A stretch of 64,000 nt of DNA from Squalus acanthias. Taxonomy: Eukaryota. The notes beneath the pieces are model-generated. The model did no database searches. It was not told the origin of the DNA and saw only the letters and a program-made list of their open reading frames with translations. The stretch covers positions 139,378,001 to 139,442,000 of the forward strand of contig CM059432.1 in the NCBI GenBank assembly GCA_030390025.1, read 5' to 3'. Below, piece by piece: positions 45,735 to 58,309 of the stretch (the first letter of the stretch is position 1; the number at the start of each line of letters is the position of its first letter). The translations under genes and the position numbers were made by a program.

Positions 45735-46198
45735 GGAAAGACTTGTGTTTATATAGCGTCTTTCACAACCTCAGGACGTCCAAAGCACTTTTGCAGCCAA
45801 TGAAGTACTTTATGAAGTGTAGACACTGTTGTAATGTAAGAAACGCAGCAGCCAATTTGCGCACAGCAAGCTCCCATAAACAGCAACGTGATAATGATCA
45901 GATAATCTGTTTTAGTGATGTTGATTGAGGGATAAATATTGCCCCAGGACACCGGGGATAACTCCCCTGCTCTTCTTCGAAATAGTGCCATGGGATCTTT
46001 TACATCCACCTGAGAGCAGACAGGGCCTCCGTTTAACTCCTCATCTGAAAGACGGCACCTCCGACAGTGCAGCACTCCTTCAGTACTCCACTGGGAGTGT
46101 CGGCCTAGACTTTGTGCTCAAGTCTGTGGAGTGGGATTTGAACCCACGACCTTCTGACTCAGAGGCGAGAGAGTGCTATCCACTGAGCCACGGCTAAC
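45735..46198 (-). mobile_element. SacSINE1-like SINE, full length
   Basis: Head, Deu core and tail on the minus strand. Confidence 0.9.
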
Positions 46199-47284
46199 AC
46201 CCGTCCAGTGGAGTAGAGAAGGCTGAGGAGATTAGGAGAGGTTTTAAAATGATAAAGGGTGAATAGGGAAAGACTATTTCCTCTGGTTGGGAAGTTGGTG
46301 ACAAGGGGCCATCAATTTAAAATAGTCCCCAAGAAAATGAGAGAGGCTAGGAGAAATGTCTTTATGTAAAGAATCCATGGAGAGACCACCGCATATTATA
46401 AGAGTAGATATACAGTTGAAACAACAACTTGCATTTATATAGTGCTTTTAATTTAGTAAAACATTCCAAAGGTGCATCACAGGAGCGTTATCAGACAAAA
46501 TTTGACCCCGAGCCACACAAGGATAGTGACCAAAAGCTTGGTCAAAGAGATAGGTTTTAAACAGCATCTTAAAGGAGGAGAGAGAGGTGGAGAGGCGCAG
46601 AGGTTTAGGGAGGGAATTCCAGAGCGTAGGGCCTCAGCAGCTGAAGGCACGGCCGCCAATGGTGGAGTGATGGCAATCAGAAGCCAGAATTGGAGGAACG
46701 TAGAGATCTCGGAGGGTTGTTGGGCTAGAGGAGGTTACGGAGATATAGGGAGGGGCGAGGCCATGGAAGGATTTGAAAACAAGGATGAGAATTTTAAAAT
46801 CGAGGAAGGTAGAGGGATATGGAAGAGTGCAGTGCTGTGTGATTAGTTTTGGATTGTTCCAGTAAAGAACTGGCACAGATACAATGGCACAAATGCCATC
46901 CTTCTGTGCTGTAAGCTTCTAAAATCAATAAATAAATAAACACTTTGAAAAAGACAGGACACAATGTTGCCAGCCCATCTCTACCCATGGTCTTGGAGTT
47001 CCTCGGAACTGCTCTCACCTTAGCATCATAACTTTGGCGTCCGTACAATGAAGACCCTAGAGTTTCCGACCTACTTACGGCGAAGTTACGGCAGTGAAGA
47101 GCAGCTCCAAGGAAATCCATCACCTAAAGGATTGGCAAGCTCTCCAGTTTAAAATATTCAGCTCCTTTGGCTTGTTCACCAGATCTGATCGATGCCGGGG
47201 GGCAAATAAATGGTGAAGGAGGTTCTAAAAGCTGAGATGGAACAGTTAAAATCCTCAAGTAAACTCAGCCTCACTTGTCACCAT

Positions 47285-47662
47285 TGAGCACAAAAAATCT
47301 AGGCTGACGCTCCCAGTGCAGTGCTGAGGGAGTGCTGCGATGTCGGAGGTGGCATCTTTCGGATGAGACGTTAAACCGAGGCCCCGTCTGCTCTCTCAGG
47401 TGGATGTAAAAGATCCCGCGGCACTATTTTGAAGAAGAGCAGGGAGTTATCCCCGGTGTCCTGGCCAATATTTATCCCTCAATCAACATCACCAAAACAG
47501 ATTATCTGGTCATTATCACATTGCTGTGTGTGGGAGCTTGCTTTGCGCAAATTGGCTGCCGCGTTTCCCATATTACAACAGTGACTACGCTTCAAATGTA
47601 CTTCATTTGCTGTGAAGCGCTTTGGAACGTCCTGAAGTTGTGTAAATGCAAGTCTTCCTTTC
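47285..47662 (+). mobile_element. SacSINE1-like SINE lacking the tRNA head
   Basis: TGAGCACAAAAAATCTAGGCTGAC...Deu core...AAATGCAAGTCTT. Confidence 0.87.
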
Positions 47663-47799
47663 TTACCATAAAAATCTGTTTTTTTAAATAATTACAACTC
47701 GCTGTCATGTCATACCCTCATACACTTCAGATAAATGTGTGTCTTGCACTCTTTCTCAGCCAAGCACAGGATTACAAGGCACCAAATCATTTCTATTAA

Positions 47800-48075
47800 T
47801 TCACAGAATCATACAGCACAGAAGGAGGCCATTCGGCCCATCGTGCCTGTGCCGGCTCTTTGAACGAGCGCTCCAATGAATCCCACTCCCCCTGCTTTCC
47901 CCATTGCCCTGCAAACTTCTCCTTTTCAAGTATTTATCCAATTCCCTTTTGAAAGTTGCTATTGAATCTGCTTCCACCGCCCTTTCAGGCAGCGCATTCC
48001 AGATCACAACAACTCGCTGCGTAAAGAAAAATGTCTCCTCATCTCCCCCTCTGGTTCTTTTGACAATCATCTTAA
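47800..48075 (-). mobile_element. CR1 3' fragment
   Basis: FFTQRVVVIWNALPERAVEADSI..FKRELDKYL plus tail. Confidence 0.85.
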
Positions 48076-48509
48076 CTGCTCTGGTTGTTTTGGGCTGCAA
48101 AGCTGTATTTATTCAATTGCATGCGATTATTCGGCCACAGGCGGCGTTTCTTTGTTTATTCAATTGTTCAGTACACTCTTAAACTTCTTGCGCAGATTAT
48201 ACTATGCATAATAAAAAAAAAGTCCTGTAAATTCAGATGCGGCTTCAACAGGAGTCGACTGTTTGCCAGTCGAATGCGCACACTGACCTATCTATCGCAA
48301 GCACAACAATTCCTGGATTTTTTTAAAAAACAAGTAAAACTCGATCTGCAAGGGCTTTACCAGGGAGTCGCATAATGTTCATGGCACATCGCAGCTGCGA
48401 GGTGCGAGAGCTGAACGGTGCAAAATGCTGCGAACCCTCCTCCCTCTCCCCTCCCCTTGTTGTGCAAGCGGCACCGGGGTCACGCTGTTCCAGCAGCCCG
48501 CAGAAAAAC

Positions 48510-48640
48510 AATGTGCCACGTGAACAGTCTGCATGACTTTGGATCGCACTGTGCAGCCCGGGGAGGGGCGGGGCCACGCGCTCCGGGCTCACTTCCGGCA
48601 ACAAAGAGGCTTTGGACCGCGCGAGGATAAATAGGAGCCT
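48510..48640 (+). promoter_or_regulatory. FBXO32 core promoter (CpG-rich)
   Basis: E-box CACGTG 48517-48522, GC box GGGGCGGGGC 48565-48574, ETS-type CACTTCCGG 48590-48598, TATA/forkhead-like GATAAATA 48626-48633, about 400 bp before the ATG. Confidence 0.7.
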
Positions 48641-49029
48641 GCAGCAACTTTGCAGCCCCAAAAAACAACAACTCAGTGGAAGAGCGATCGAACCACCCAC
48701 GCAACCCAAAAAAAAAACCTCCAGCCAAGACAACTAGAAGAATCCAAATAAGAGAAGAAGCAGAAAACAAAGAAAACAAGGAGGATCGGTGGGAGGGTAG
48801 AGCAAAATCTATATTTTTTTAAATTCAGACCGCATAAAAGGAAAATTCGAGGATGCAAATTTAGCATCTCGGCTAAAACAAGAGCAATCTCGCAACTTTT
48901 TTTAAAATTAAACACCCCTCCTCCTCCCCACAGCAATCCGTGCCCGAGGAGAAAAGTTCTGTCAAAGCGAAGCAGCCGCTGTCATCTTTTTTTGCTGCAA
49001 CAGGAAGAATAAGTTTCTCCTTTCTGAAG

Positions 49030-49142
49030 ATGCCGTTTTTGGGTCAGGACTGGAGATCGCCCGGGCAGAGCTGGATCAAAACTGACAACGGCTGGAAAAG
49101 ATCCAACGATGAGACAAATAACAATGTATCGCCGTTGAATAG
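49030..49142 (+). CDS. FBXO32: F-box only protein 32 (atrogin-1/MAFbx), coding exon 1
   Basis: [24 protein letters not shown]...; donor AG|gtcagt; phase 2. Confidence 0.95.
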
Positions 49143-50409
49143 GTCAGTTGCCGTTGTGTGCGCAGTTTAGAAAACTTCTCGAGATCAGCAAGAACTCCCT
49201 TAACTTGTTTGTGTATTTTTTTTTTGAATCCTTGTATGCAACTTGCATGTAGTTCCGCATTAATAATGTGATTGGGGCTGGATTTATTCTTTTTAATTGA
49301 GTTTTTATGCTAAATTAATCCCACGGTTGGCGGAGAAGGAACAGGTTGGGAGTCACTCTGAGAAAGAAAAAAGATCTAAAATACTAAAAACCTGGAGGAA
49401 GTAGTTTTGAGGAGAACGTGTAAGAGCCAGCGGAAGGAAATCGGGCGAAATAATATCATTAAGTTGCATTTTTAGTAAGGGACATGAAATTGAACACGTC
49501 AAGATTGCAGTTGAACAATAATGGCAGCTCAGAGTAAACACCCAGAGCCTGCAATCTTGTGATGAAAAATAATAAACAGTGTCTCTATTTTTGAAAGCTG
49601 GGTCTTGTAATCCCGGGTTCAACAAAGTACACATTCTTATGAGAAAATGTGACTGTACATAGTGTCTCCTCAAGGGGACTGGTAGAATGTCCCAACAGAT
49701 GGGAATAAAGTCTTTATTCACACTGGAGAGATGACGTTTAAAATCCAGATTTTTGTTGTGTGTTTAAGAGATTGTGATTTGGATATGAAAGGACGCCGAG
49801 AGCATCACTTTTTTTTTAATAAGCATCACTCATGTAAACGTTCGGCTGGGCAGCTGCGTGAAGCTAAACAGATCCCACTGACAGCATTACTTATCTGTAC
49901 ATATAGTAAATCTGGATACTTTTAAAGACAAAACGATAATACATCTAACGGTGGAAAACTTTTAAAATGCTTTTCCTGTTAAAACTCCGAGCCTTTTCCA
50001 TTTATTTACGTGGAGTTTCTGGGTTTAAAATAAATAATTATACTGCATCTTAAATTCACTCTTGTTTAAGTTGGCTAGGAAGCATTCTTAACGTCTTGAT
50101 AAATGGAAATGTACTTTCTGTTTACCACACTCTATTGTATAGTAGCTTATATTGTCCAGATTCAACCAAGCACCTCTTAGCTTACGTCACGCAAACTGTT
50201 GTCTTCCCTCAACTTGCCTTGTGGCCTAACAGTTCCTGCCGTCTTCAGAAGGCCACGTTGACGAGCTGTCAGAATAGTCGTGTGACAGTTGTTCGTTGCA
50301 GAGGATGTATCTTTTCCGCCATTCCAGGTTTATGGGAGAAAGTTGGATTAGTGGCGGAGCAAGGTTCTTGGTGAAGAGGAAGGGGGGGGCTGTCAAACAG
50401 GAGCTGTTG

Positions 50410-50585
50410 GTCGTTCTTCATGTGTGAGCCCAGATGGTGAGTGTCAGCAGGTTTCTCAGTGTGGGTGGCATTTCAGTCAAGCCCGATCCATGTCCAGACA
50501 TGTTCTCATTCCAGCAGTGGTCACGGGGTAGTGATTGGACAGGGACCAAAGATTAGACCTGGGATCTTCTTAATTTGCATAGCTC
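50410..50585 (-). mobile_element. Old tRNA-derived SINE of a second family, AmnSINE2-like (others at ~21865-21960 minus and ~52070-52380 plus)
   Basis: Shared blocks GGCTCACACATGAAG, GGATCGGGCT and CTGATCTCAGC...GGCTAGGGAGGGG; family name is from memory only. Confidence 0.5.
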
Positions 50586-50900
50586 AACAACAACAACTTA
50601 TATTTGTATGGCGCCTTTAACATAGTAAAACGTCCCAAGGCGCTTCACAGGAGCGATTATCAAACAAAATTTGACACCGAGCCACATAAGGAGATATTAG
50701 GGCAGATGACCAAAAGCTTGGTCAAAGGGGTAAGTTTTAAGAAATGTCTTATAGGAGGAGAGGGAAGTACAGAGGTGGAGAGGACTACCCAGAACTCAGG
50801 GCCTAAGCAGCTGAAGGCACGGCCGCCAATGGTGGAGCGATGGAAATCAGGGATGGGCAAAAGGCCAGAATTGGAGGAGTGCAGAGATCTCGGAGGGGTG
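50586..50900 (-). mobile_element. L2 3' fragment (left arm of an inverted pair)
   Basis: Reverse complement of 51060-51377. Confidence 0.85.
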
Positions 50901-51029
50901 TGGAACCACAACTGGCAGTGCATTTACCCAGTAAGCCACACAAAGGAGCAAAAGCATGATGTTAAATTGTCTCAATACAGTTTACCTCCATGTGATGCAC
51001 TTTAAGGTTCATTTAGATGAGTTTATAAA

Positions 51030-51377
51030 ACTCCCTATCTCTGTAATCTCCTCCTGCCCTACAGCCCTCCGAGATCTCCGCGTTACTACAATTCCAGCCT
51101 CTTGCCCATCCCCGATTTGAATCGCTCCACCATTGGCGGCCGTGCCTTCAGCTGCCAAGGCCCTAACCTCTGGAATTCCCTCACTAAACCTCTCTACCTC
51201 TCTCTCCTTTAAGACGCTCCTTAAAACCTTCCTCTTTGACCAGGCTTTTGGTCACCTGTCCTAATATCTCCTTATGTGGCTCGGTGTCAAATTTTGTTTG
51301 ATAATCGCTCCTGTGAAGCCTTGGGACATTTTACTACGTTATTGGCGCTATATAAATGCAAGTTGTTGTTATTGTTG
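51030..51377 (+). mobile_element. L2 3' fragment (right arm of an inverted pair)
   Basis: Ends GGCGCTATATAAATGCAAGTTGTTGTTATTGTTG. Confidence 0.87.
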
Positions 51378-51724
51378 CTACATTTGAAACAGGACCACTT
51401 TTATGACTTTTCCAAACATTTCTGAATTATAAAATGTTATATTTGTTATGATAAAAATCATCAGATACAGGCACTGTTTACAGAATGTGCTGGTGTCCAT
51501 TCTTTTTCCTGCCTCAGTGATTAACAAGGACTACAGGAATGGGGTGGAGACCTGTGCACTCTGTGGATATTGCATCGGGTCAAAACAAATGAAAATATTT
51601 TCTCAAGATGATTACTTTTTTCCAAAATTTATTTTGGCAAATATATCATAAACCTGCAAAGCTAACCTGTTTATTTTGAGGCATTGCATACTGGGAAAAG
51701 GATACTGCAAATTTAAACATGCTT

Positions 51725-52027
51725 GGGAGGAGTCCAGAACAAAGGGGAATAACCTTAAAATTAGAGATAGGCCGTTCAGGGGTGATGTCAGGAAGCATTT
51801 CTTCACACAAAGGGTAGTGGAAATCTGGAACTCTCGCCCCAGAAAAGCTGTTGAGGCCGAGGGTCAATTGAAAATTTCAAAACTGAGATTGATAGATCTT
51901 TGTTGGATAAGGGTATCAGGGGTTACAGAACCAAGGCGGGCAGATGGAGTTAAGATACAGATCAGCCATGATCTAATTGAATGGCGGAACAGGCTCGAGG
52001 GGCTGAATGGCCTCCTCCTGTTCCTGT
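51725..52027 (+). mobile_element. CR1 3' fragment (a sister copy at ~53258-53643)
   Basis: [35 protein letters not shown] plus tail. Confidence 0.85.
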
Positions 52028-54921
52028 GCTTGTCGGAAATTGCCTTGGAGTTTTTCGGTGAGTTTATTCAGTGAGTAGCTGAGCCATTAAGACCAAGAAG
52101 ATCCCAAGTTCAGTCCTGGGCATGTGCTGGGTCATCTGATCTCAGCAGTAGTAGAGGCACTGCAGTTGACCTCAGCATCCCTTGGCTAGGGAGGGGTGGG
52201 GAGGTGCAATCAGCCGGGGGTTCTTGCTCTCGATAGTTATCCAATGATACTTGCCAGAGGTGTGTTTGTGGATATCGGGTAAGGGCAGGATCAGGCTCGG
52301 GTTGCTGTGCCCCCAGTTGACTAGCCTGCTCGTGATCACTGATACAACTCACTAATTACTCACTGGCAAAAATCACATGAATGAAGATTGTATGGATGTA
52401 ATGGCACCAGGCACCAACATGCCGTGGCTGCGGTGTGTACCATCTACAGGAGGCACAACAACTCGCCAAGGCTTCTTCGACAGCACCTCCCAAACCCGCG
52501 ACCTCCACCACCTAGAAGGACCAAGGGCAGCAGGCGCATGGGAACACCACCACCTCCAAGTTCCCCTCCAAGTCACACACCATACTGACCTGGAGATATA
52601 TCGGCCGTTCCTTCATCGTCGCTGGGTCAAAATCCTGGAACTCCTTCCCTAACTGCACTGTGGGAGCACCTTCACCACACGGACTGCAGCGGTTCAAGGA
52701 GACGGCTCACCACCACCTTCTCAAGGGGCAACTAGGGCAATGTTCCCTGTAAGCTGTGTGGACGCGCGGCGCTCCAGGGAACCTGTGCAGCTGGCTTGCC
52801 GGCTTTTCAATACAAAAACCTTGCGTGGGCGGTATTCTGAATGGCCCACGCAGCCCCTTAAAGGGGCCGTGCAGGGCCAAACAAAATTAGAGGGAACATT
52901 GAGCTGGGGATGGGCAATAAATGCTGGCTTTGCCAGCGACACCCACATCCCGAGAATGAATTTAAAAAGGACAGCTGGCACCTGTGTGACCATACTCCAG
53001 CGAGGAGTCAACTTTCAGCAGAAGGGAAGGAAGAAAATTGGCAAAGAAGTAACCTGGTATTATACTGTTACTAAATCTCATCTCCTCTTTCTGCCCCACC
53101 CGCCCCCCAACCTGTATTTAGCGTGAGCACTTCACCATCGGTACTTTGCCCTCTCCTTAATCCGTAACAAAGTGCAGTCTCCTAAAGACAGCAGGAATTG
53201 TTAGGTCATGAGGTAAGGTGACCTAACCAGGCTTGAATTCCCTCAAGTTTCCAAGATTAAGGGGGTGATCTAATCAAGGTGTTTAAGATGATTAAAGGGA
53301 GTTGATAGGGTAGATAAAGAGAAACTATTTCCTCTGGTGGGGGAGTCCAGGACAAGGGGGGCATAACCTTGAAATTAGAGACAAGCCGTTCGGGGGTGAT
53401 GTCAGGAAGCACTTCTTCACACAAAGGGTAGTGGAAATCTGGAACTCTCTGCCCCCAAAAAGCTGTCAAGGCTGGGGGGGTCAATTGAAAATTTCAAAAC
53501 TGAGATTGATAGATTTTTGTTAGGCGAGGGTATTAAGGGTTACGGAACCAAGGCGGGTAGATGGAGTTAAAATACAGATCGGCCATGATCCAACTGAATG
53601 GAGGAACAGGCTCGAGGGGCTGAACGGCCTCTTCCTGTTCCTAAGGTGAGGGAATACAACAGTTTTTATGATGAGTGACATTTCAGATTGACTGATATGC
53701 CAGCGAATCACTCTGTGAAAGCGGTCATTTTCTTTCAGTTTGTTTCCCTCCCCCTCTTCCCTCCCTCTTCAAGACTGCTGCACGACAGACTCCATTGCTT
53801 TCATCGACCGTGGCTGGCTGCCAAGGAGCCAGTTTACGGGTTGCAGGGTAACATCTTTCAAATGTTTTTGCCAGCGGCCTCCAGTTAGTTTCTCTGGATA
53901 AGAATAGGATGGAAAGAACTCGCTGGAGCCAGGAGGACCTGCTAATGTTGCGTGTGCAGTTTTATTGCATTCTCTGTTCTGCAGGATGGTGTTTGTTTTT
54001 CAAATCCTATTGAGCTCATTCTACAGACATGGGACCGTCTGACAAGCCACAGAGCAATGCTATAAATAACTTGCACGCAGTTCAGAACCAACTTCCCCTA
54101 CTGAATGGTAACTTGCGGCTAAAGGTTGTTATGCCTGTTCAGAATCTTGCACTTCCCCCTTCCTCCTCCCCGCGTTGAATATTAACCTTTTAAAGAAAAA
54201 AGTACTAAAGATTATTCGAACGACAATGGCCGTGTAATTTTTCTTTTAGGTGGAGTGACAGATGTTTTGAAGAGTTGAAACTGGTTCTGTTTTTACAGAG
54301 AATTAATTAGAATTTACACCCTTTGGCCCAACTGGTCTGTGCCGGTGTTTATGCTCCACACCAGCCTCCTCCCACCTTACTTCATCTCACCCTATCAGCA
54401 TAACTTCCTCTTACTTTCTCCCTCATTTGTTTTGCGTAATTACAGAGCCTCCTTCTCGCCGCTCTTCACTTTATGCAAACTTCCGTCATTTTGCAGAACA
54501 ACTTGTCCCAATCTAGAACGTGCGTCAGCATGAAATTTCACCATCTTGTATTTGTTTGTCGATTTCTAATGTAACAACGCGCTTAACTGGTACAAGCCAA
54601 GACTTGTCGGAACAAAAGTCACTTCATCAGCACACAAGAGGCCTTGGAAATGTGGTGGGCGGTGAGACAACAACAAAAGAAAATTCACCGTATAGAAACT
54701 AACTCTGAAATGGGGGTGGTTAGAAAACAAGCAGATCCCAGAGTGGATCCACAGAGATGACATTTAATGCCTTTTACAACTATTGAGCTGCATACATTAG
54801 CAGTTAAACTAGTTCAGTTTAGTACCGGAAAAGTGTTTACATTAGGTGGAACAAAGTCCATTATTGCTCCTAGAGTGGAACGAGGCCCCTGTGGAGCATA
54901 AACACCAGCATAGGGTTGGGC

Positions 54922-55321
54922 TTGGGTTGCCAACTCTGGTTGGATGTAATCCTGGAGGTTTCATCACATGACCTCCTGACTCCAACTGCCCCGCCCCCCA
55001 CTCTCCCGCCATTGGTCGCCCGACACGTCCATCCTTGTAACGCCCCGCCTTCCCACGGCTTATTGGAATGCAAAAAGACTCCTCATTAACCGATTGGATG
55101 ATTCTTGAGTGTCCGTCAAACAGCCCTTTTTTTCCCCCCCATGTCCAATATTTTTTTACAACTAATAAATAGAAATGTTCAAAGAAAATGGAAAAAAAAA
55201 AAATTTTTATTTTAATGCTCCCTATGATTTTTCTCTTGGGTTTGGTCACAGCAGTGTCCTGGAGATTAATCTTCAATTCCTGGAGACTCCAGGCCAATCC
55301 TGGAGGAGTTGGCAACCCCTA
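54922..55321. mobile_element. hAT-like MITE, 400 bp
   Basis: TTGGGTTGCCAAC / GTTGGCAACCCCTA; 8-bp TSD GGTTGGGC/GGTTAGGC; inserted in a CR1 tail. Confidence 0.85.
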
Positions 55322-55687
55322 GGTTAGGCCAAATGGCCTATTATTTCTATGCTTTAAATTCGATGTCATTCTATGTAATTGTGCATCTTGGAACGTAAGA
55401 AACTTGAGAAATTCTTGAGGTGACGAATAAGGAATCTCCCATTCCCTGTAAGCTTTGCGATCAAACTTCTTCTGCATTCGTGCTCGGAACTGCACCAACC
55501 AGGCTGTGTTTCTCATGTTGTTGTGCACCATCTTTCCCCCCACAGAACAATGAGAAAGGTTGATGGGTTTCCATTTCCCTTTAGCGGTCAAAAGCAAACC
55601 ATTTCCTCCAGGTTAATGAGTCATATTTTGCATTGAGGTGTTCCTGTTTTATATTACAGTGTGTGTTTGAATTCTGTCTTTACGCAG

Positions 55688-55800
55688 TTTCTGCGATGAA
55701 GAGGAGTTCAATAAGGAGAACTTTTTGAACAGTGTTGGTTACGACATGATGACTAAGAAGAGGAAGAAGGATCTGCTGAACAACAACACAAAAATCCAAT
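55688..55800 (+). CDS. FBXO32: FBXO32 coding exon 2 (113 nt; KKRKK basic motif)
   Basis: tctttacgcAG|T; SFCDEEEFNKENFLNSVGYDMMTKKRKKDLLNNNTKIQ; T|gtgagt; phases join exons 1 and 3. Confidence 0.93.
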
Positions 55801-56064
55801 GTGAGTTTCAGTCTCTCTTTGAGTAGACTTTAAAGCGTTTAAAATTAGCCAACTCTTTAAGACATAACATTTATCCTCCAAACCTGTCCTTTTTCTTTTG
55901 GCGAAATATTCCTCCCATGGAGCATCCCATAATATACGTAGAATAATAATAATAATACAGCATTTGGCCCATCGATTCATCTAATATATATAATGGCAAT
56001 GGTGGTAGTGAAGAAGTTGGCTGCAACGCTCATACTCCATGAGAGAGGAGTTGAGCACATTAAT

Positions 56065-56849
56065 GGCCCAAAAATTCGGCTGAATACGGGAGAGTACGAA
56101 CTGTGTACTCTCGCGTATTCAGTCCCGAAGTGCCGGTTTCCTGCATGCACTGCGCATGCGCGGGAAACCGACACTTCTGGTATGGCGAAGGGGGCGGTTC
56201 CTAAGTGAACCGCGTGCGCACTACAGGCTGTGCGCACGCACTACAGGCTGTGCGCACGCAGCACACTTAGGTTTTTTTTCAGGTTTCAACGCGAAAGTAA
56301 GTATGGAAGATTTTACACATGAAGAAAGGAGGCGTAAGACCCTCTTTTAACAAGGTAAGTAGTTAATTAAGTATTATTTTAAAAAAATTTCAACAGGTTT
56401 ATCTTTTTTAGAGACTTTAAAGAAAGGTAAGTTTATTTTTATAACTTTTAAAAAGAATTTAAATTTTTTCAAAAATTTTAATTTTTGTTTAAAGTGGTTA
56501 ATTTATTTAATTATAGTTATTTTATTAATGTGATGGGGTTTTTTTTTAATTTATTTGAGGTTTAGCTGTTCTTTTGGGGGCAATTTGTATTCATAGTTTT
56601 GACAGTTCTCCTGTCAAATCTATGAATGAAAGATGGTGCGCTGCCATTGGCTCTCCATAGCCCACGTGATCCCAGAGGTCGCATCGAACTAACTGCGCCT
56701 CTGGGACACGCACACACTGCAAACCGGCACCAGGGAGAGGCCCAGGAGCTGAAGTTCGTGTGGGCCCAAAACACAACGGCCGGCGCGGAGTGCGATATCG
56801 TGGGGGATCCTTACCCCCGCGGCAAGCCTCCGAGTCAAATTTCTGGGCC
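56065..56849. mobile_element. PIF/Harbinger-type MITE, 785 bp, in FBXO32 intron 2
   Basis: GGCCCAAAAATT / AATTTCTGGGCC; TSD AAT; inverted homolog of 25364-26128; internal ~20-bp tandem duplication near 56215-56260. Confidence 0.87.
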
Positions 56850-57371
56850 AATCGATCTCGATCGGTTCATTTTAGGATTTTTTCTTGTTAAACTTTCCTG
56901 TTGAAAGAAGAAAGAACTTGCATTTATACACCACCTCAGGATGTCCCAAGGCGCTTTACAGCCAATGAAGTACTTTTTGAAGTGTAGTCACTGTTGTAAT
57001 GGAACTGCGGCAGCTAATTTGCCCACAGCAAGCTCCCACGAACAGCAACGTGATAATGACCAATTAACTGTCCAATGTTGTCCATTGAGACATCACCTCA
57101 AGTCACTGCGAACAGCAGCAGAGCCATTGTAGCTTCCCTCTGTTGTTTCAGTCCTTCTTGCTTAATTGCTCCTCCTGACCCCACAACAATCAGTGCTACA
57201 AGCATTTTAATTCCCCATATTTGGAGTGACCTGCAGCACTCTCTATCAGGACCGCTGGTTTGGCAGTTCAACGCCCAGTGGAACACCAAATCTGCAGCGG
57301 GGTCCTACAGATGGGGTAGGACCATCCCATTTACATATTCCAATAGACCTCCATCTGATTCGGGCGGGAGG

Positions 57372-57792
57372 CTCTGAGGCAGAAGGTCGTGGGTTCAAGT
57401 CCCACTCCAGAGACTTGAGCACATTCTAGGCTGATACTCCCAGTGCAGTACTGAGGAGTGCTGCACTGTCGGAGGTGCAGATAAAGATGTTAAACCGAGG
57501 CCCCGTCTGCTCTCTCAGGTGGACGTAAAAGATCCCATGGCACTATTTCAAAGAAGAGCAGCGGAGTGTCCCCGGTGTCCTGGCCAATCGTTATCCTTCA
57601 ACGAACATCACCAAAACAGATTATCTGGTCATTGTCACATTGCTGTTTGTGGGACCTTGCTGTGCGCAAATTGGCTGCCACGTTTCCTACATTACAACAG
57701 TGACTACACTTCAAAAGTACACAGTTGGCTGTAAAGCGCTTTGGGACATCCTGAGGTCGTGAAAGGCGCTATAGAAATGCAAGTTCTTTCTT
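57372..57792 (+). mobile_element. SacSINE1-like SINE (a minus-strand tail piece also at ~56908-57062)
   Basis: B box GGTTCAAGTCC, Deu core, tail. Confidence 0.88.
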
Positions 57793-58113
57793 TGATATTT
57801 TCACTGGGAATTGTCATGTGAAATATGTATAGTTCAAGTTTTCTTTACCTCCCAGTAGATGGACACGAGGGATGGATATGGAGCTGTCCCAGACAAGCAG
57901 TTCTGATTCCGTTGACCTTATCTAAAAATGTCTTGTATCTCCCGAGAGATTAGACTGATGGGATTACGTCAATGTTGTTGCGCCTTTGCCATTTTAAGAT
58001 AAGATTGCTGCAGTCATGTTCGGCGGTGGGGGGAAGGAGAAGTTAAACAGGTTGCTGTCAGGGGGTGGTTAAGAGTTTGGTTTATCAGGCCTGCGACTGC
58101 CTGGTGGGTCATC

Positions 58114-58261
58114 GGCCTGGAATTTCCTCAGCGCTGCTCCCGCTCCACCACCGTAACTTGACCGGAAATGCGGTGGAAACTCCGGGTACGTGTGCAAACG
58201 GGGTTTCCCTCGCACTTACGGCCTAGTTACAGCCCAGGACATTCCGAGGACATTCCTGGCC
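58114..58261. mobile_element. ~150-bp MITE (similar elements at ~22873-23000 and ~46995-47118)
   Basis: GGCCTGGAATTTCCTC ... GAGGACATTCCTGGCC inverted ends; no clean TSD. Confidence 0.55.
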
Positions 58262-58309
58262 GTGGCGTTTTTAATACCATTAAATATCATTAATATCCAG
58301 GCCGTGCAT

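Noticed and set aside
53940..53990. Cryptic FBXO32 exon after ttctctgttctgcAG
   Set aside because: Acceptor-like only; exons 1 and 2 already join in frame, and I found no convincing donor or homologous peptide.
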